Assembly (NCBI GenBank): GCA_032718475.1
Contig: JAUCBJ010004985.1
Location: 1 to 35,967, forward strand
Reading direction: 5' to 3'
Source: Nemertoderma westbladi
Taxonomy: Eukaryota > Animalia > Xenacoelomorpha
Length of the DNA stretch: 35,967 nt
Part shown: piece by piece, positions 9,505 to 21,863 of the stretch
Layout: the number at the start of each line of letters is the position of its first letter
Numbering within the stretch: position 1 is the stretch's first letter
The notes under the pieces: generated by a model
What the model saw: only the letters and a program-made list of their open reading frames with translations
Told to the model about the DNA's origin: nothing
Database searches by the model: none
Made by a program: the position numbers and the translations under genes

Positions 9505-12439
9505 TATTATTATTATTATTATTATTATTTAATCAAATAAAATTGACATATTGAAAGATACACATTAAAAATACACATTAAAATACCCTTTACAGTTAAG
9601 GTCAAATAGTCACGTTATTTGCATAGAGATATGATGTGATTTCAAGATAGCAGAATATACTTCTAGGACGCGTACAAACTGTGAGTCACAATAAAGTAAA
9701 AAAAACATTAGTTTTCTGAGATCTAATTAAAATTATATCGACGATATGAACTAAATTATACGCAAATTGGTCCGTTTATCGAACTCAAATATTGTAAAAA
9801 TCTGTTATGCGTTTGTGCTTGGCTCTAAAAGTGAGCCCTGGCAGTTTGTAACATTGTCGTATGTACTGTCCTTCCTCTAGGTGGCGTAGTGAGGTGGCTG
9901 GCTCAGATAGTCTGGCGAATAGGTTATTTGTATTGTATTTGTAGTTACAGAGTGACCCAATCGTGGGTAGACCATAATTAGCGACAGCTTTACTGTACAC
10001 GCTTCCTAATCCTTGATAATATGAACGTTGGTTCGATTGTAACGTGATGCGAAGTGATTCCTGAAGATTCTTGTTGGGACAGTTGAGAGACCGAAGCACT
10101 GTCCCCAGACATGACTTATACGCTTCTAGCGAGAGTGTTCCGGTCCCAAAGAGGTGATTTAAGGTGTCATTTGATACATAACATCCAACGTGAAGAATTC
10201 CTCGCAGATGTTTCCTATAATAAATTTCCACCATATCAGTATCTTTCTTGGATAGTTCGCCAATGCGGAATTTCATTCTGTACAATAGGGACGACAATCC
10301 AACAGACCGCCATAACAGAGCCACAATCCGTACAGGGTAGTGCTTCGTTGTCCATCCATTCCTATGGAATGTGTCTGCAAGCGCAGCTATTGATTGTATT
10401 ATGTCAGATACATGAATGTTATTGTGATCCTGTTTAATCCCACGAATATCCATTTATAGAAATCATGAGCGGTGGACTGTCGTTTTTCCGGTTGGTGTGA
10501 GATTCCTTGAAAATCCAGTTTACTTTAGATGTCTCTAATGCAAGGTTGAGATTCGTGAGTTCAGTTTGTATATGACTAGCCATTTGCTCAATTTCATTGC
10601 TGGACGTTCCCATTAACAGTATGTCATCCGCATAAGAAAGTGTACCCATAATTAGATGAAAAATACGAAACCCTTTACTGTCTGGCCCACCATCATGAAG
10701 TTGTGTAAGAATACCATTGGTGTAGAAATTGAATAATACGGGCGATATTATAGATCCCTGTTTAACACCATTATGCATTGCAAATCCATTTGTGTCCACC
10801 ATGCCATTGATGTTGATAAACACCATACTTGCTTTGTAATAAACTACCAGCAGTCGACATATATAGGGATTAATATGTTCTGATAATTTTTTAAATAGAA
10901 GATAGTGATTAACAGAGTCGAATGCTGCTGCTATATCCATTTGGCAGACGTAAACCCCGGAGCCTCTACTGCGATAAAATTCTATATGTTCTAGAATAGC
11001 GCTGAGTATAACATCGGAACCGATACGTTTTTGGTAGGCGAATTGCATTCCATCGGGTATAATCTCCAAGAAATATTCCTTTGCTACGATACCTTCCAGA
11101 ACTTTTGCAAATAAACAAATGGATGCGATGGGACGGTAAGATGATGGGTTCATAGAATCTTTGCCTTTGCCTTTGTATAGGCATTTTACAACTGTCTCCC
11201 CAAAGAAAGTTGGTACTATGCCTAGGCGAATGGATTCATTGTAAAGTCTGGCTAAGTGTTTGCATACTGTATCCTTATCTGTGTAGATCAAGTGTTCGAC
11301 TGTCAGGGTACGTTTATCCGGTGATTTACCTTTGCCCAGGAGTAAGATAACGTCTTCCACCGTCTTTTCTGAGATGAGTGGGTGCTCAGTCCCTTCACAT
11401 TTTGCATTTATATCATCTATTAACGTTTCAAGATCTCCAGTTTCACCAGAATCTCTCTGAAATTGCTGACGCAGATGGGTAGTAAGTGGGACGCGCATTG
11501 ATTCTGAAGTTTCTACGGTTTGTTTATTCTTAAGGTGATTCCATAAGGAGCGAGGTTTGGCCGTATGGTTATGAATTATCCCGTGAATATGATTAGATAG
11601 CCTGTTCTTGGTTAACCAGTTCCAAAGACGCCTCACTGCACGTTTTGAATCCTTGAACAAATGGTTGTAGCGATCTGATTGACATTTGCCACGCTCACAC
11701 CAGATGCCATATAGAGTTCTGGTGATTTTGGACTTTTCATGCAATTGGGTACTCCTAATTCTATAATTACGAGTTCGTTTTCTGATGGAACTCTGGGGAA
11801 CGTGTGCACAGGCAGCTTCGTAAAATACACTCTGTAATGATTCCCCATACCACTCCAAATCAACTTTGGTCCAACTGTAATGGCTACCTTCTATTACGTC
11901 ATCTAGGTGGTTGAGATCGGCAATGGTCGCTTGCTTGTAACTTTCTAATTGCTCTTCGCTACATTTATGCCAGTTGAATCGACGAATACGATGGTGCGAA
12001 GAGTTTAATTTATTTACCGCACTGTCCGGAGTTGGTTTTATGGTAACTTTCAGTGTGGCGGATACAGGTACATGATCGGATTGGTTTGATACGTTGTCCA
12101 TATCGTAAATTCTACCATTCATTATCAAGTCTAACCCAGTGTACGTAGTTAGTATATGGTCTATGTATGTACGCCCTCGCCCATAGAATGTGCAGCATGG
12201 GCCGTCAAAGTTATCAAGTGTATCAGCTGCCGCCAGAGTGTGGTCAGTTAGGAAGTCGTTCAGTGAAATTCCTCTGGCAGTTGCCACTTTTCTACTGTAC
12301 CTTTTACCTTGGAGCGGCCCAACATCAGCATTCCCATCCATTAAGATTAGGGGTATCGTGGTATGATGAGAAGTAACCACATTACTTAGTCTTCCAAGAA
12401 AGTCATTGTAGACACTGGGGGGCTTGCTGGAGTCCAACC
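9505..12439 (-). mobile_element. 5'-truncated LINE (APE + RT, RTE-X-like) inserted antisense into the RTE
   Basis: TSD GACAT (9500-9504, 12440-12444) and (TAA)n tail at 9505-9528. Open frame 12439-10434 with MDGNA, IDHIL, SDHVPV, LTVEHL, YRPIA, DIAAAFDSV, KQGSIISP, SYADD, continuing after a frameshift near 10445 to 9785. The clade call is tentative. Confidence 0.9.
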
Positions 12440-15400
12440 GACATGGGGGGCGGTTGGCGACTCGCCCTCGCTTCACCAGATGATAGTGGCAATAGTGGAA
12501 TTGGTCTATTGATGAATCCAACTGCACATGCAGCATTGGACAAAATAGACCAAATCTCTAACCGCATCATCCGTTGCCACTTCTCATGTTCTGGAAGAGA
12601 GGCTAAGAAGTTTCCTAAGGTGGTTCTGATTGTGTGCTACTCTCCAACTAGTGTTGCCCCTGTAGAGGAGGTGGAAAATTTCTACCAGAATCTACAAGCA
12701 GCTACTGATGGAGTGGATCAGCATGCATTCTTAACATTTCTGAGAGACTTTAATGCAAGTCTGCATCAATCACCTACATCGCCCTGGGTCTATAGCAATA
12801 GTGTTAACCGAAATTCCGTCCATCTTCAGGATTTTATCTCTGGAAATGGATTGTTTTCGGCTGGAACCCAGTTCAAGAAGCGAACTGGAAAGCTATGGAC
12901 CCAGTGGTCACAAGTCCCAGATAGACCATATCCTGTTTTGTAGGAAATACAGGAGCTCTATACAAGACTGTAATGCATTTACACTACGACCCTTCTCCAG
13001 TGATCACCGCCGTATTGTGGCCAAGGTAAGACTTAGTCTGCGTGCTAGCAGAACAACGAAATCTGCCTTGCCGCGGCATGACTGGTCCTCTCTGTTGCAA
13101 CAGCCAAGTGTGAGATCCAGCTTCACACTACAGCTGAGCAACAGGTATGAGGTTCTTGCCTCTGAGGCGGCAGATCACTGTGAGGGCTATACTGCCTTCA
13201 CAGAGGCAGTTAAGTTAGCAGCTGCAGAAACAGTTCTTGTATACCCTCGAAACAGGAAACGGGCCCCCTGGACTGACAACAAAATTCAGAAATGCCGAAA
13301 TGACCTCTACAAGGCGCAGAAAGAGTCCCGACTCAAACAGACTACAGCGGCCAAGAATGCAGTTAAGGCTGCATCTAGGTCCCTGAACAGGCAGTACTCT
13401 GTTAATTTACAGGAGCTAATAAACCAACAGGTTGATGCCATCAATGATGCTGACGACAGCAGGCAATCATCCCAGGCATGGAGATCGATCAACTTGCTTG
13501 CTGGTCGAAAAAGCCAATCAACCACCAAGGTTAAGGCTGAATCACCAGCCGATCGCCTCAATGGTTGGAAGGCCCACTTTGAAAAGCTCCTCAATAATGA
13601 CAGGGTATTGCCTGATAACTTTATAGAAGTAAAAGTGTCTGAGTCTGTACTCCCAGATATTCCCATTGGTGATATCTCCTTTGCAGAAGTAAAGGCTGCT
13701 GCAAAGAGCATTAAGACCAATCGTGCCAGTGGAGTAGATGGTGTTCCCCCTTAGGTCTTTAAAATACCTGAGTGTTTGAAGCTCATCTATCCCATCATAG
13801 TAGACACGTACCGAACAACAAGAGTCCCACAAGAAATGAAAACAAATAAGTTGGTACCAGTTCCCAAGAAAGGCAACCTAACACTCTATGGTTCTTTTCG
13901 GGGAATCTCATTGATCTCGATTGCTGCAAAGCTATACAATAGAATTCTATTAAATCGCATCAGGGATCCCATTGAGAGACTGCTCCGTGGAAATCAGAAT
14001 GGGTTCCGTAAAGGTCGTGGGACCATGGAGCCCATTTTGGCACTTAGAAGGATAATTGAAGAGTTATCAAAAAAGAAAGACAGGCATCTGGCTGTTATCT
14101 TTGTTGACTTCTTCAAGGCCTTTGATTCAGTCTCTCGCTCACGTATGTTCAGCATACTTTCATTATATGGGATTCCGGATAAAATTATTGCAGCAATCAG
14201 ATCAGTATACGATGGTTCGACAACATTTGTGTCTACTGTTGACGGTGACACAGAACCATTTGAAGTGTTATGGGGCGTCCTCCAGGGGGACACACTTGCA
14301 CCATTCTTGTTCATAATTGTTGTTGACTATGTTCTACGCATGTCCTTAGATCATCATAATGATGATGGTGATGATAACTCCACGTACTGGCTCCAGAAGT
14401 CGAGGAAATCCTGCCAAGTACGTAACTGATCTAGACTTTGCTGATGACTTAGGAGTACTCTCAGAATCACTAGAGGGAGCCCGACGGCTCCTCAGCTCAT
14501 TAGAACACGCTGCTTCTAGTGTTGGTCTTTTTATTAACTCCAGAGAGACCAAAATTTTGACAGTTAACTTTGAAAGTCCTCAGCAAGTCTCTGATCGGAT
14601 GAGCATAAGCTCAAAAGATGGTATGCTTGAGCATGTGGATGACTTCTGTTACCTGGGATCATGGATGCGGAAGTCAGGTGAGGACCTTCGAATACGTAAG
14701 GGAAAGGCATGGGCAGCCTTGAATAGGCTTTCCAGGATTTGGAAGTCACCGAGAATTAATCGGAAACTTAAGGTCCGATTATTTAGAGCAGCAGTAGTTT
14801 CAGTACTCCTCTAAGGGTGTCCATGCTGGGCTCGAACTGCTGAGGACACCAAATCTCTGGATGGCACATTCACAAGAATGCTACGCCGCGTTCATTGTGT
14901 CAAGTACAATGCACACATCTCCAACCAGACACTACATAACATTGGAGGTGTCTCATTGGTTCCCCCAAGTTTGATACTAGAACAAAATCGTCTCCGCTTT
15001 GCAGGACATTGCTTTCGCCGTGAGGACCAGCCAGTGCATAATCTTGTACTTTGGCAGCCTCATGGAGTGAATAAGCATGGTGGACAGCCCATGACTTTCT
15101 TGAGACGCATCTTAAAGGACACTGGCCTTGAAGATGCGGATGATCTAGCAAATGTCATGGGTGATAGGGAGTTGTGGCGGTGCAATTTTGTCGATAAGCC
15201 GGCACAGCATTCTTAAAAATGCAGCTGCAATGCAGCATGCCGATCCTAGTAGTAGTATCCAGTCCAAATAAATGAAAACCGACAAATAACAATGCTATTA
15301 GGGGCCAAACTAAACTAAATACAGTAAATCACTAGTGAAGGATAGTGTCCCTCCTGCTAATGCAAAATATACGAAAAGTCTAATATTTAAAATTATTTGT

Positions 15401-15532
15401 CTACTGCTTCCATATAAATACTCATATAATTGTTTCATTTAAATATAAATATATTAGGAATAAATATAAAATACTAAATAAAAACTAAATATATGTTATA
15501 TATATGTTAAATGTTATATGTTAAATATATGT

Positions 15533-16488
15533 TATATCCAAATGGTGTAAATTAAACGGTATGGAAGTAAATTTATTGAAAACAAAGATTATTAAATTTC
15601 GCAAGGGCGGTCGATACAGCAAAGACGACAAATTCACATATGGAAATAATATAGTCAAACTCGAGAATAAATACGAATACCTAGGAATTACGCTCCAGCC
15701 TTCATTATCATTCACACAGCATATTAAATTAAAGAAAATAAAGGCATTTGGAATTATTGGCTCAATACAGCACCTCCGTTTATTATCAATTGACACTGCC
15801 ATCAAAATTTTTAATACTAAAATAGACCCTTTGGTAACATACGCGTTCACAGAAATCGGTCCTTATTTTACACTGGCACATTTAAAAGAAGTAGATAAAA
15901 TAAACTCAGCATTCGCTAAATCAATGCTGGCCTTACACAAATCCGCATCTTCCACTATGGCACTAAAGCTTATTGATCAACAAATGTTTGTCGAGTGCAT
16001 TCTAGAACGCAACCCAAATACCTTCAATCGAAACGCAATCTCATTATACAGAGTACACCGAGAGGAACGCGAATTAAATTTCATCCAAGAAGGTTTTATA
16101 AACGGGCCCGCTTTCACCTCGAACATATGGAAACGCCAAAACCAGAAAAACCGACACGTTGTAACTCGGACAACTTCCCATGGTTTTCATTTTAAACTCT
16201 GCACCGATCAAACTCCTTTTCACCCGCTGTCACAGAACTGCGTCTGCCGATTCTGCCAGCACTCATGCTCGGACCGCTATCACTGTCTTTCATGTACACT
16301 TTGTCCACCCTTATCAACCTTAGCACAACCATAATAAATCAATATAAGGCCTAACTAAACTGTACTGCATCGACTTCAATAATTACCATGTTATTTCGGT
16401 GTATATAATATTATTATGGTATTTAATTAAAATTAATTAATATACAGTCATTTTACCCCGACTGGGGTGTAGTTATTAAAAAAAAAAA
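15533..16488 (+). mobile_element. 3' fragment of a LINE (end of RT, thumb, Cys/His-rich C-terminus, 3' UTR, poly-A)
   Basis: LSKWCKLNGMEVNLLKTKIIKFRKGG...YEYLGI motifs of the RT end; C-terminal CVCRFC..C..RYHCLSC; stop at 16334; A-run at about 16478-16488. Clade not resolved. Confidence 0.8.
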
Positions 16489-16629
16489 TATTCGTCTTCG
16501 ATTGAGTCATTAGCACATAATTGACAAAGCCTACTTCCCTTGGGATATTGTACCATCTGGGGCCATACCGAAAACAGGCACATAATTCAACAATCCCTTA
16601 GAACTAGAAGCAAATCACCCCACCATAAC

Positions 16630-16830
16630 TGTGGGGCGAGCCACGAAGTGAGTGAGCCTTAGCGTAGTGGTACCATTAATCAACCTGTCGTTCTGTCGTT
16701 CTGTCGTTCTGTCGTTCTGTCGTTCTGTCGTGTTCAATTTTAAACGTTAATAACTCGGCCAATCTTTGATGAAATCTATCCAAACTTGGTACACATGTTG
16801 TATGGCAAAAGTTTAGAAATTTTCCAAGTA
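16630..16830 (+). mobile_element. DINE/HINE-like (Helentron-associated) short element with internal (CTGTCGTT)x6 at 16685-16731
   Basis: Microsatellite followed by TCTTTGATGAAATCTATCCAAACTTGGTACACAT...TTTAGAAATT, with a related inverted copy at about 20660-20720. Family assignment is from architecture only and boundaries are approximate. Confidence 0.45.
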
Positions 16831-19091
16831 GAATTTCCGTGTGGCCTTCGAGAAGCTAAGATAATAGCAGTTAATTAGTTAATTAAGTTGATTACGGTAA
16901 AAACACCATTTTCAACCTGCCTTTTAAAGGAAATTAATTGTTTTACAGTATAAGACTTCAATAATTATACTTAAAAAATATACAGATGTAATCCGCATAC
17001 TCCATTCTATTATAGTTTTTAATTAGTTCAAGTGATTTGCTTTAATAATCGTGTCTTTAATTGATCTAAAGTAATTAAACCGGCATAAAAAATGTATTCT
17101 CATTAAATACTGCTCATTTATTGGTTAACATCCAAGTTGGCTTGATTCCCAGCAACACTTGAGGTATTCAGTCAGCCTTGCTTGTAAGAGGCTGCTGCTG
17201 CTAGTAGCCATCCATTCACTCACTCTCCATTGAACTGGCTGATTGGAGGTGTGTGTGTATCGGGTTCAATGACATTAATATTATTACTAAAGTAACGTCG
17301 GGATGTTAATATTCACTGGAGCTATGAGTCTCTCTGGTTAGTTGAATGAATGAAATAAATAATTGTTTTACTGTTCCGAATATCAATGTTTATTTCTGTA
17401 GGCCAACTTACTGTATTATTATTTAATCTAAATGTACATAATAGTTTAAATAAATTATTTCACAATTTCATTCCAATTCATACTGCTTACGCAACCATGC
17501 TAATTAGGTATATTAAATGGCAGGATTGTTTTTAATTAAAATTTTTACAGAGCAAACAAGTATATTGTATTTAACTGAAAGTTAATTTATTTCGGTAAGT
17601 AGGCCTTGCGGTTTGTTAGTTTAGTTAGTATAATAAGTATCAAATATATTACGTGCTGCTGTACAGTAAACGCGGCTTTGCGTTATTGAATTACAGAATT
17701 GGCGGTACAAAGTACATTAATAGGGATCAGGCATATTGCATTTATATAATTGTTGTTGTAAATGTACAATAATATGCGCCACTTTTATTTTAGTAACTGC
17801 AATGTGTATTTCATTTGTACCTGCAACCCATTAAAAAGGGCAGCTGAACATATCGCGGACAGGCTGACTATTCACCATAACAAAAAAACCCAAATCGCCG
17901 CAGTTCCACTTACAGGTCCATATTATTCTGTTTTGCAATTCAACCCAATTTATCTGCTCTCTGCTACACGCGGTTTTATCCACGAGTTTTGTAAAGTCCC
18001 GACTTATCGGGAATGACATGAACTTAGCGTCCGGAATATTCTGATCAGATTAAATCTACTTGGCGCTGTAATACTGCATCCCGTTGTACCAGAAGTTATT
18101 AAAACATACCGGCCCCTCAAATGCGCTTGCAGTGGGTTAGAGAACAACATATACCGCCCCAGTACAACCGCTATTTTGATAAGGTCCAATATATAATATA
18201 TATATATGGTCCAACATATGATAGTTCACTAATCAGCTAATAGGCCTATTAATTCGTGAGATTTCAATTTATAAATAAAACTAATATACGAGCTCATATG
18301 AGCTCAATTGATTGATTGATTGAAGGTATGACCGTTGTTGTGGGGGACTAGGTCTACCTGTCTAGCAGCTAATAACTCGTCCGTGGAGAGAATAATATAA
18401 GTCGAGGAACATAACGAAACGCGTTTAATTTATTTATTTATTCCAATTGGGGATGCTTTCTAACGCGGGAATGCGGTGCTATTAAACATCAACACATTCC
18501 TGCGCGTGCGTCGATATTGTGCACCCTAATACTAACAACCCACCCAGACACCCCCTACCCCTCACCCCCCCCCCCCCCCCCCCCATCACCCAACATTACT
18601 ATGTATAGATCAATGCAGCTCAATATATTAGTAAAGGTATCGTCTGATTAGCTTTCCTACACATGACCTCTTATCCTTGTAGTTGTTTATTTATTTACAC
18701 TATTTTTTGTTGAGTAAATCTTTCTGATAGGGGGGGACTTACTCTGGACGAGCGCAACGATTGAACGACGCTTATAATAATTAAGACGAGTACGGCGTTG
18801 ATTATATTCATATACACCACCTGGCTTTGCATATTTAACGTGCGATTGGAAATAAGTTCGTTCTACCCTTCCGTGGGTGGTAGATGTCACGGTTATGTAT
18901 TGGTGGTTGAGAAGGGTGGGGGGGGGGGGGGGATTAAAAGGGGTGAACACGTACTGTCCCCCTTTCTTTGATTGATTGGTGGTGTGGGTAAATTTCTCAA
19001 AACCTGATTTTGTGATACAGTCGCTTAATTTTAATTTGTATCTCATAACTGGACCTCGTGCTGCGCGAAGGCCCCACGAACGTGTCTTACC

Positions 19092-19346
19092 CTGCGCCCA
19101 TGTGAAGAATACCAGGAATTCACATTTTGGTCGACGTTTTATTGGAATATTATTTGCCCAATAAGTGTTTTATAGCGCTTATTTCTGTCTTATAACCTGT
19201 ACATATACTAATTCGTTTATTGTTTTGGTTAGATTCAGCCCTTTTGTAACTTGTGTTTTTGATGATAACCTGGTATTCTTCACAGGGGGGTAACTGCAAA
19301 GTGAAATATAACGGCAGAAAGTCTGTTATTCTTCACATGGGCCCAG
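19092..19346. mobile_element. Small MITE-like element
   Basis: 20-bp inverted repeats CTGCGCCCATGTGAAGAATA (19092-19111) / TATTCTTCACATGGGCCCAG (19327-19346), one mismatch, plus an extra internal CCTGGTATTCTTCAC. No TSD found. Confidence 0.55.
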
Positions 19347-19357
19347 AAGGCGATACA

Positions 19358-19495
19358 TAAAACTGGTTTATAGAAACTGGTACATAAACTTGTTCAGAGA
19401 AACTGTTTTGTTTTGTTCAGAGAAACTAGTACATAGAAACTGGTAACGAGAAACTGATAGATAGAAATTGGTACATAATAACTGGTTCAAACTGT
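19358..19495. repeat. Degenerate short-period tandem repeat (AGAAACTGGTACAT-like)
   Basis: AAACTGG/AAACTG core recurs about every 13-15 bp. Confidence 0.7.
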
Positions 19496-19580
19496 TACGA
19501 AGACATTGAGCCATAGTAAATGTTACCAATTAATATTAATTTAATTACTTGATTACTTAATTAATTACTTAATTTAATTA

Positions 19581-19640
19581 ATTGATCACCGCCTCGTTGA
19601 GAACATGTGTAATAATGTTCTCAACGAGGCGGTGATCAAT
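19581..19640. repeat. Perfect inverted repeat, 26-bp arms with 8-nt loop
   Basis: ATTGATCACCGCCTCGTTGAGAACAT-gtgtaata-ATGTTCTCAACGAGGCGGTGATCAAT. Confidence 0.95.
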
Positions 19641-20645
19641 AACTTTGGACTTCATGTTTTCAATCCTTAAAAATTAGAAAGATTAAAGATTCACTGATTT
19701 AACAAACTCATTAGTTGCTAGGGTAGTATTATTATTTGTAGTGCAATAATTCTAGAATATCGTTTATTTGAAAAAGATAGAGGGAGCTATCGAAAGCTAA
19801 TAATAAAAATTTAAATTTTTAGTGATTGATTATATAAGTTGTCACCTTTTGAATTCTTAAAATATTATTATACTAAAACAACTTGATCTCACACCCTACA
19901 GTCATATTCCCTAACTTTCTTAACTTAATTTAAAATTATATATTATATATATATTATATTTTTTATTTATTTTTATTTATTTAGATCAATTTACTACAAT
20001 ACTACACAATACAAGATATTAATGTGCATGCAAGTTCAATTCGAATGTAATATAATATAATATGCGCCAAATTAAGTTGGGTTGAGTTGCATGCATATGT
20101 ACTGATTGTGTAGAATGTAGATGGTAATTGGCCGGGCAGACCCATTACGCCATTCACCATATATATGTTCAACTAATTTGCAACATCCTAATCGACAATT
20201 CAAAAATAGCTAAAAGGTTTGCAAATTAAGTTAGGTTGATTTTGATTGAAAAATCTACATAAAAATATATCAAATGCGATTTAATCCGTAGTTGATTCAA
20301 TATTATTTATTATTGATTATCAAGAAGTTAAGCTGCACAACAATGTGACGTACAGGAACTACACTACAGTAGCCCAGGGGGTCCATTGTACCCAACGAAC
20401 CAAACAACCTAATTTCTTAATATAATAAACGCGCTCAGCCCACTTAATGCAACAAGCTTTAGTTCAATAATTTTTAAAATTGTGTTAAAATTGTAAATCA
20501 TATTCGAAAAAGGAAATATTATATGAGATAAGACATGGAAATATTACTCCCCAAGCAGAAGAAGATCTACATTTATGTTGGACTTTATATGGCGGGTTAC
20601 AATTAAAAACAAAAAGCTAAAAACACGTTTGTTGGGCTATATAAG

Positions 20646-20725
20646 TCTGTCTGTCTGTAGAATTTCTAAACCCTTTATAAACTATATGTGTACCAAGTTT
20701 GGTTCTCTTTCATCAAAGACTTTAT
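20646..20725 (-). repeat. Second, inverted copy of the DINE/HINE-like core
   Basis: The reverse complement TCTTTGATGAAAGAGAACCAAACTTGGTACACAT...GTTTAGAAATT matches about 16763-16822. Confidence 0.65.
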
Positions 20726-21177
20726 TCCAAAATTGTAACATATTACTCAACGCCGTTAGTATTAACAGCGAGTTGTTATTTAGCACTTTACAACTTTAGA
20801 GGACATTTACAGCATTGTATTGGCCTGTACATTTAGTATTGTATTGGTGTAATATTATTTCTGTAATGTCCCGACGTCGTGACCGTAAAGTCACGCCGTC
20901 ATGGTTACCACATAAACAATAGTTTGTATTTATTATTAATTGCTTGATAGCCAGATAGGCCTACTACATTACCTACCGGTAGCTATTAATAACCAGTAGC
21001 TATAAACTATTAACATGGTTCCAAACGCCACCATAAATATAAGCTAACTTATTTATAACATAATTTATGTCATTTTTACATTTATTTATACAGCAACTAA
21101 TTTAATTTGTGCAGTTTCTATCACTTATAATACAGTATATATACAATCATTTCGCAATGTTACAATTTTGGAATAAA

Positions 21178-21325
21178 ACTACATACATACTTGTGGCAAA
21201 GTACTTTACAGTGTTCTGATCCTCGTTGCTTGATTTTCACTCACTCACTACGTTCGTTCCTGTAACAAAGCCACTCGGATCATAATACTGTAAAGTGCTA
21301 CTTTACACACAAGTATGTAATTAGT
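21178..21325. mobile_element. Short palindromic non-autonomous element
   Basis: Arms CATACTTGTG..ACTTTACAGT..TGATCC / GGATCA..ACTGTAAAGT..CACAAGTATG around the central CACTCACTACGTTCGT. Confidence 0.6.
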
Positions 21326-21442
21326 TATTACAGACCTTTTTAGAGTTCACATATTTTCGCCAACGACGAAATTGACGACGACGGGCGGGTCCACTAATTA
21401 CACCCCTACGCTAAGGTTAACCTGTACTTACGTAGCTCGCCC

Positions 21443-21690
21443 CATATTTGAATTTCGTTTGGAACTAGCTGAGCTATTGACATTCGAAACATTCGAAATT
21501 AGTCTTGAACTATTTGCTTCCACTACAGGCCATTTACTATGGAAAATATACACAATTATTCTGGAACATTTTGTTTATCTGATAAAATAGCGATAATACT
21601 AGGAAGTGGATATTTACTGATAAACAAAATATTCTAGAACTGAGTTTATTAAATATAATAAATGGCCTGCAGCGGAAACAAACTGTTCGC
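21443..21690 (+). repeat. Dispersed MITE-like repeat family X, copy 3 (palindromic)
   Basis: Arms TTTGCTTCCACTACAGGCCATTTA..TTCTGGAACATTTTGTTTATC / GATAAACAAAATATTCTAGAA..TAAATGGCCTGCAGCGGAAACAAA; matches about 1157-1225. Confidence 0.8.
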
Positions 21691-21750
21691 GCTGTACTCG
21701 TACCTAATAACTAACTAACTAATGGTGTATAGATGGTCAGCTGCACTTCC

Positions 21751-21863
21751 CCCTGGGACTCCGTTGACTGCGGCACCGCTCCCTGGGACTCCGTTTACTG
21801 TGGCTCTGTCCCCTGGGACCCCGTGAACTGCGGCTCTGCCTGCCGCCTGGGACCCCGTTGACT
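21751..21863. repeat. GC-rich 30-bp tandem repeat, about 3.6 units
   Basis: CCCTGGGACTCCGTTGACTGCGGC-like units start at 21751, 21781 and 21811, with a partial unit at about 21846. Confidence 0.9.

Larger units (their letters stand above)
9182..15255 (+). mobile_element. RTE-clade non-LTR retrotransposon, near full length, inactivated and split by a nested LINE
   Basis: 12-bp TSD TATCCAGTCCAA (9170-9181, 15256-15267) and (TAG)3 tail. APE motifs LASVNTLTL, VGVQEHR (before 9504), then CYSPT, DFNA, IDHIL, SDH. RT motifs QNGFR, FVDFFKAFDSV, LQGDTLAPFLF, FADD; C-terminal RLRFAGHCFR. Stops at 13752 and 14812, frameshifts near 9390, 12900 and 14355. Confidence 0.92.

Noticed and set aside
12440-12536. 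N-terminus of the 700-aa ORF
   Set aside because: It lies beyond the GACAT TSD and is antisense read-through into the host RTE, not part of the inner LINE protein.
13307-14749. Antisense and alternate-frame ORFs over the RTE (likewise over the L2, BEL and CRE elements)
   Set aside because: Shadow frames of TE coding sequence with no independent motifs.
17762-18189. Moderately GC-rich stretch with short ORFs on both strands
   Set aside because: No recognisable motif and stops in every extended frame; it may be an old decayed coding fragment but cannot be supported.
21751-21863. Mini-CRISPR of 30-bp repeats
   Set aside because: Head-to-tail degenerate units without spacers.
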